Origin: Candidatus Bathyarchaeota archaeon
GTDB taxonomy: Archaea; Thermoproteota; Bathyarchaeia; Bathyarchaeales; Bathycorpusculaceae
Length of the DNA stretch: 64,000 bases
Reading direction: 5' to 3'
Assembly (NCBI GenBank): GCA_963827165.1
Contig: CAWGZR010000009.1
Location: 96,001 to 160,000 of the forward strand
This document shows, in pieces, positions 59,755-64,000 of this stretch. The notes beneath the pieces are model-generated. The model saw only the letters and a program-made list of their open reading frames with translations, was not told where the DNA came from and searched no databases. Every line of letters starts with the position of its first letter. Position 1 is the stretch's first letter. The translations under genes were made by a program, and so were the position numbers.

Positions 59755-59800
59755 ATCCTTTCCCGCAGAGGTTCGCAGGTTCGAATTAACCCCTGCAACA
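59755..59800 (+). repeat. Degenerate copy of tRNA-Leu 3' exon (attR-like)
   Basis: ATCCTTTCCCgCAGaGGTTCGCAGGTTCGAAT matches 46971-47002 at 30/32, then diverges. Confidence 0.85.
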
Positions 59801-59865
59801 AAAATAATCTAAATTTTTTATAGGAAAATTTTAGTAAGCCAATCCCTTAAAAGGTAATCGTTCCC

Positions 59866-60117
59866 TTGGTGGCTAAATTGGCTAAGACAGTCATGACTGA
59901 GCAGGAGAAGAGAGATCTTAAGATCATCGCTATAGAACTCTTAGAAATCCGCAAGCTTGTTGATGAACTTGCCGAAAGCTTGGTAAACTTAAGCGACAAA
60001 GAGTTGCTAAAGTTATGTAATGCAAACCAAGATAACGAGATTAAGGAAAAACAAGTAGACAAGTACAAAGAAAAACTGGAAAAACAACTGGACATCGCCG
60101 AAAAAGAATTTCGATAA
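59866..60117 (+). CDS. Small protein resembling an orphan RelB-type antitoxin
   Basis: ELAESLVNLSDKELLK motif; no toxin ORF follows. Confidence 0.45.
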   Translation: MVAKLAKTVMTEQEKRDLKIIAIELLEIRKLVDELAESLVNLSDKELLKLCNANQDNEIKEKQVDKYKEKLEKQLDIAEKEFR

Positions 60118-60203
60118 TAAGCACCCGAACGAGCATCTTTTCATCTGGAGGCTTGCAGCTCACGGGCGGCCAAAGAGCTTTTAGCAATTCAACTAAATGT
60201 TTC

Positions 60204-61259
60204 CTAAAACTTAATGAGTGGTTTTATGACGCCATCCAGCTTTTTATCCATTATTTCAAATGCTTTGTCGGCCTCATCAAACGTGAATGTATGAGTGGTC
60301 ATACGCGTTGGATCAATTTTCCGATTCTCTAATAGCAGCAGTAATCTTTGCAGCCTTAAGCGTCCTCCTGGGCACAATGAGGTTTTTATGGTTTTTTGAG
60401 ACATCCCAACACCCCAATCCAACCTAGGAATACAAACGCACTCGCCAACGCCATGATATCCTACATTTGATATTGTTCCGCCAGGCTTTGTGACCTTAAT
60501 GGAGTTCTCAAATGTGATATCTGCTCCAAGCGCTTCAATCGAGCCATCTACACCCAAACCCGCAGTTAAATCCATTATTCTGGCCACCGCGTTTTCTTTA
60601 GCTGGGTCAACAATCAAATCTGCACCGTAAAACTTCGCAAGCTCTTGTCGCTTAGGCACTGAATCGACTCCCACTATCACGCCTGCACCCCTGAATTTGG
60701 CTCCAGCAACTGCCATGAGACCCACGGGTCCCAGAGCAAACACCACCGCTGAACCCCCTATAGGAATGTTAGCCTCTTCAGCACCTGCAAATCCAGTTGA
60801 CATCATGTCAGCCACATAAACGGCGGCTTCATCAGGCACATCATCAGGGATCTTTGCCATGTTAGCGTCCGCCTCATTAACATGAAAATACTCTGCAAAC
60901 ACGCCGTCCTTGGTGTTAGAAAACTTCCATCCGCCCAATGGTTGACCAGATTGAGATGGGTGGCCTCCTTGAGAAGCGATATCTCCCCAGTCAGGCGTTA
61001 TAGCGCCGACAGCAACTCGGTCACCGGGCTTAAAGATTTTCACTTGGCTGCCAACTTTGTTGACTACACCCGTGGCTTCATGTCCAAGAGTCAGGTTCGC
61101 ACGTTGACCAATCGCGCCCCGCACAGTATGCGAGTCTGAGGTACAAACTAAGGCGACTTTTGTCTTTACAATTGCGTCGTTTGGTCCGACCTCAGGAAGA
61201 GGTTTTTCCATGAACCCGACGCTGCCTATTTCCTTCATTACAAAAGCTTTCATAGACAT
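60204..61259 (-). CDS. adh: Zn-dependent NAD(P) secondary alcohol dehydrogenase
   Basis: CTSDSH, GHEATG, DMMSTG, LGPVGL, CPGGRLR, GVIKPLI as in isopropanol dehydrogenases. Confidence 0.92.
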   Translation of the reverse strand: MSMKAFVMKEIGSVGFMEKPLPEVGPNDAIVKTKVALVCTSDSHTVRGAIGQRANLTLGHEATGVVNKVGSQVKIFKPGDRVAVGAITPDWGDIASQGGHPSQSGQPLGGWKFSNTKDGVFAEYFHVNEADANMAKIPDDVPDEAAVYVADMMSTGFAGAEEANIPIGGSAVVFALGPVGLMAVAGAKFRGAGVIVGVDSVPKRQELAKFYGADLIVDPAKENAVARIMDLTAGLGVDGSIEALGADITFENSIKVTKPGGTISNVGYHGVGECVCIPRLDWGVGMSQKTIKTSLCPGGRLRLQRLLLLLENRKIDPTRMTTHTFTFDEADKAFEIMDKKLDGVIKPLIKF

Positions 61260-61295
61260 CTTAGTGCTCTCTAGCTTTCAGATTATTTCAATATT

Positions 61296-61319
61296 TGTGA
61301 CTGCCATTTCACAGTTACA
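61296..61319 (-). promoter_or_regulatory. TGT-N3-TGT-N6-ACA-N3-ACA element upstream of adh
   Basis: TGTGACTGC-CATTTC-ACAGTTACA (11/12), 37 bp from start codon. Confidence 0.75.
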
Positions 61320-61378
61320 GAAGTCGTTAAGCGACGAAGCAATATTGAATGGTTACGAGAGGTCAGCGAGTTTCCGTA

Positions 61379-62398
61379 TTATCCTGATGCGAGCCAGTTT
61401 ATCATAAAGCTTAAGCCGTCAGGGGTTAAGTCGGATACGTCGGTTAGTTGGACTTGCCCGATCGAAGACATAGGCGACGAATACGCGGTTAGCGCCTCCC
61501 AAGGGAAATTTCCAATCCCACCAATAGTAGAATTAATGGTCGCGGTGCAGTTTGTGAACGTCACATTTCCGAAGTCCATCAACTCCGAAAGGTTGCCGTC
61601 GACTGTCGGTCTTTCAACTATCCACTCGGCCGTCAATCGGCTTGAATCATAGATAAAATTCCTCTGAAACTGTTGCGAGGAGTTAGTGTCCATTATGCTG
61701 ATTCCCCATTGATCGGATGTCCCATTCGCAAGCTGAATTGAAGCCTGCATCATATCCCCAGGTGAAATAGGCATAGAGAAAATGGTGGTCGATAACCTTG
61801 GCAAAAGCTCGAACCACGCGAAATATCTTGCTTGACCGTCAATTGAATCCTGTTCGGTTCCGCATTGGATGAGTGTGCTGTCATTGTTGAATTGTCCACC
61901 TATGCCTATCCAGATAGCAGAATAGGTGTCGTTGGTGGTGGAAGTTACTACTATTGGAACGACCCATGAGGCACTGATGGCTGTCGCGCTGGGTTGAGGG
62001 TTTTGTAGATCAGAGGAAACCACGTAGCCTGCCCAGTTCATCGTAGGCGTTACGTTTTGTGGGGGCGTCGGGGTCGCCGTCGGCGTAGGTGAAGGTGTCG
62101 GTGCGGGTGTTGGCGAGGCTGTTGGAACCGGAGTAGACACAGGTGTTGGTATAGAAGTTGGCTGGATTGTGGGAATGGGAGTTGGCTCTGAAGTTGGATT
62201 TGGGATTGGAGTTGATGTAGGCATCGATGTTGGCTGCGGTGTGGGTGTTGATGATGAAGTAACGATGGGAGATGGAGAAGGCTGATAACTTTTTTTTGCA
62301 GGCGTTGATTGGAACACAGCATACGCTCCAAAAGCGTCGGCAAACACAATTGCAACCAGCAACAAAGCAAGGACTTTGGCGACAGTTCCCTGTTTCAT
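61379..62398 (-). CDS. Secreted G1-family glutamic peptidase (eqolisin) with Pro/Thr linker
   Basis: NWAGYV, WIGIGG, LIQCGTEQD (catalytic Q), WFELLP, AEWIVERP (catalytic E). Confidence 0.88.
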   Translation of the reverse strand: MKQGTVAKVLALLLVAIVFADAFGAYAVFQSTPAKKSYQPSPSPIVTSSSTPTPQPTSMPTSTPIPNPTSEPTPIPTIQPTSIPTPVSTPVPTASPTPAPTPSPTPTATPTPPQNVTPTMNWAGYVVSSDLQNPQPSATAISASWVVPIVVTSTTNDTYSAIWIGIGGQFNNDSTLIQCGTEQDSIDGQARYFAWFELLPRLSTTIFSMPISPGDMMQASIQLANGTSDQWGISIMDTNSSQQFQRNFIYDSSRLTAEWIVERPTVDGNLSELMDFGNVTFTNCTATINSTIGGIGNFPWEALTAYSSPMSSIGQVQLTDVSDLTPDGLSFMINWLASG

Positions 62399-62693
62399 AT
62401 TTTAGTCCTCATTTCCGTTTATTATGTATTATACAGGCAATCTGGCAGGGGAGGATTGAAAACCGGGGTGCAGTCTGCAAGAGATGCCCGTAACTAGACA
62501 TACTCTATTTCTTCATGTGAGAGAGAATTTAATCTTCCGTGTAATTTTCCGTTATTTCGCAAATGAAAGACCTCGTCAACGGTTATTCTGATCGGTTTTT
62601 TAGGGGTGTGTTCGGTGTCAATTTTGAAAAAAAGTTTTATACTACAAGGGTGTAAAGATGCGTAATTGAATCTAATTTGGATGGGGATGTTTC

Positions 62694-63686
62694 GTGGGGA
62701 AGAGGATAGTTTATCTCTGTATTGCGTTGTTGCTGCTTTCAATGAGTTTAGCTGCAGTTCCAAAGAGTTTTAGTCAAACAAGCGATATTAAATTTGCAAA
62801 CTACAGTTGGTATATAGATCCTGAAGGCTACCTTGACGTCGTTGGCTTGGTCCAAAATACGGGTCCTAACACGATTGCCTCCGTTTCATTGTCTGGGACG
62901 GTTGTGGGTCCAGGCAACGTGGATGTGGCGGATTCAGGCTGTCCAGTTTGGGTATCAGATTTATTGCCTCAGCAGGAAGCACCTTTCTACATGGAGTTCA
63001 TGCCACCAAACACGAGCAGCTCCACAACATGGTACGAGATTATGCAAGCAGGAGAGTTCTCCAGCATATCCCTTAGAGCCGCCTCAGCTAATGCTACAGC
63101 CAACTATCAATACCAAGGGTTAAGCATCACAAGTTCCAAGGGCTTCGTTGGCACCACCGGCGGATATAATGGCGCTTACGGGGTTAGTGGCGTGATAAAA
63201 AATACGGGTGACCAGTCAGCTTCCAATTTGACGGTTGTGGGAGCCTTCTTTAACTCCACAGGATCTGTGGTTGGTGTAGGATTCACAACTTACCTTGTCC
63301 CTACGATTCTGGTTCCGGGGAACACAACTACTTTCCAAATTTTTTGCTTAGATTTGAACCAGTCTCAGGTCCCAGCTGCCTTACAAATTGCGAAATATCA
63401 GCTGCTAGTTCAGACTCAAGGACCAATTCTGCAAGGAAACGCACCCGTTGCTTCTGCGGAACCGACTGGAAACACAGGACCCACTGATGCCCCAAGTTCA
63501 ACTCCTACCGCGGGTTCGCATGCGAAAGCCAACAACTCGCTTCTCATCTCAATAATAGTCGCAGTGGTTATAGTAGTAGTTATAATGGCAGCCGTAGCGA
63601 CTATAGTTCAACAGGTCATGAATAGGAATGCGAAACGCCGCAAGACAGTGAAGGAAGCAAGAAAAGTCCAGAAGCAAAAACCCTAA
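62694..63686 (+). CDS. Secreted FxLYD-like domain protein with C-terminal TM anchor
   Basis: Signal peptide; two G.V.NTG units; GAFFNSTGSVVG; TM plus basic tail. Confidence 0.75.
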   Translation: MGKRIVYLCIALLLLSMSLAAVPKSFSQTSDIKFANYSWYIDPEGYLDVVGLVQNTGPNTIASVSLSGTVVGPGNVDVADSGCPVWVSDLLPQQEAPFYMEFMPPNTSSSTTWYEIMQAGEFSSISLRAASANATANYQYQGLSITSSKGFVGTTGGYNGAYGVSGVIKNTGDQSASNLTVVGAFFNSTGSVVGVGFTTYLVPTILVPGNTTTFQIFCLDLNQSQVPAALQIAKYQLLVQTQGPILQGNAPVASAEPTGNTGPTDAPSSTPTAGSHAKANNSLLISIIVAVVIVVVIMAAVATIVQQVMNRNAKRRKTVKEARKVQKQKP

Positions 63687-63887
63687 TAATCAAACCACGT
63701 AACCGCGGTTGCTCCGCAAAAAACGCTTGAGGCGTGGCGTGGCTTCTCTTTTTTTTCAATTATCTATTCTTATGGGCACTTTCTTAGTTATGGTTTTTTT
63801 GGGTATTGGGTAATAACGAAATCGGCAAGTTTAGGAACCCGGGTTTTCGTGCGTTCAAATTGAGGGGTATTCTATTTTAGAAACCTT

Positions 63888-63909
63888 AAATATGACGCAC
63901 GTCATATTT
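63888..63909. promoter_or_regulatory. Palindrome overlapping TATA of the next gene
   Basis: AAATATGACG-CA-CGTCATATTT. Confidence 0.6.
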
Positions 63910-63932
63910 TTCATGCTCGCAGCTTGACTCAA

Positions 63933-64000
63933 ATGAACAAAAAAACCATTTTAACAATCACCACAATAATCATAGCATCCCTAGCCCTAACAGTCCTCGT
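63933..64000 (+). CDS. N-terminus of a secreted protein (truncated by window)
   Basis: MNKKTILTITTIIIASLALTVL signal peptide. Confidence 0.6.
   Translation, partial: MNKKTILTITTIIIASLALTVL

Larger units (their letters stand above)
46971..59800. mobile_element. Putative genomic island integrated at tRNA-Leu
   Basis: Degenerate direct repeat of tRNA exon 3 at 59755-59800; vapBC just inside both ends; pseudogene and accessory cargo; no integrase seen. Confidence 0.65.

Noticed and set aside
62050-62290. Tandem repeat or VNTR
   Set aside because: Low-complexity Pro/Thr/Ser linker coding sequence of the G1 peptidase.
114-63123. Many 60-215 aa antisense or overlapping ORFs in the track
   Set aside because: They are shadows of longer, motif-supported genes on the other strand or frame.
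1-64000. Genome-wide TAG recoding (pyrrolysine code)
   Set aside because: Several well-defined genes (PAC2 18968, MBL 29143, PadR 32350, VapC 47209) end in TAG at expected C-termini.

Overview
64 kb of an archaeal chromosome, most consistent with Bathyarchaeia (TACK). The evidence is unsplit RpoB, RpoA'/A'' fused in one ORF, a two-intron tRNA, and many PAS/histidine-kinase and PadR/TrmB regulators. Layout: (1) 0.1-4 kb, CDC48-zincin-like-Hsp20 proteostasis operon. (2) 4-21 kb, dense regulator and sensor-kinase region with two PAC2 paralogues. (3) 21-35 kb, a Grs-like radical SAM enzyme, TrmI, a CheB-CheR-kinase fusion, an MBL/kinase operon and paired PadR and coiled-coil paralogues. (4) 35-43 kb, rpoB-rpoA-rpl30e-nusA, preceded by an unusual non-coding region with a 10-bp-period repeat array. 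(5) A DNA methyltransferase, oligoendopeptidase F and tRNA-Leu(CAA) with two BHB introns. (6) A ~12.8 kb island bounded by the tRNA 3' exon and a degenerate copy of it, with a vapBC module just inside each end. (7) An alcohol dehydrogenase, a G1 glutamic peptidase and secreted proteins. The most notable signal is a 24-bp palindromic element I do not recognise, TGT-N3-TGT-N6-ACA-N3-ACA. It occurs 9 times (plus 2 weaker copies), always about 4 bp upstream of a TATA-like box, i.e. over the BRE position, and appears to define a stress/membrane regulon. All protein calls come from motif recognition by eye; no database searches were run.
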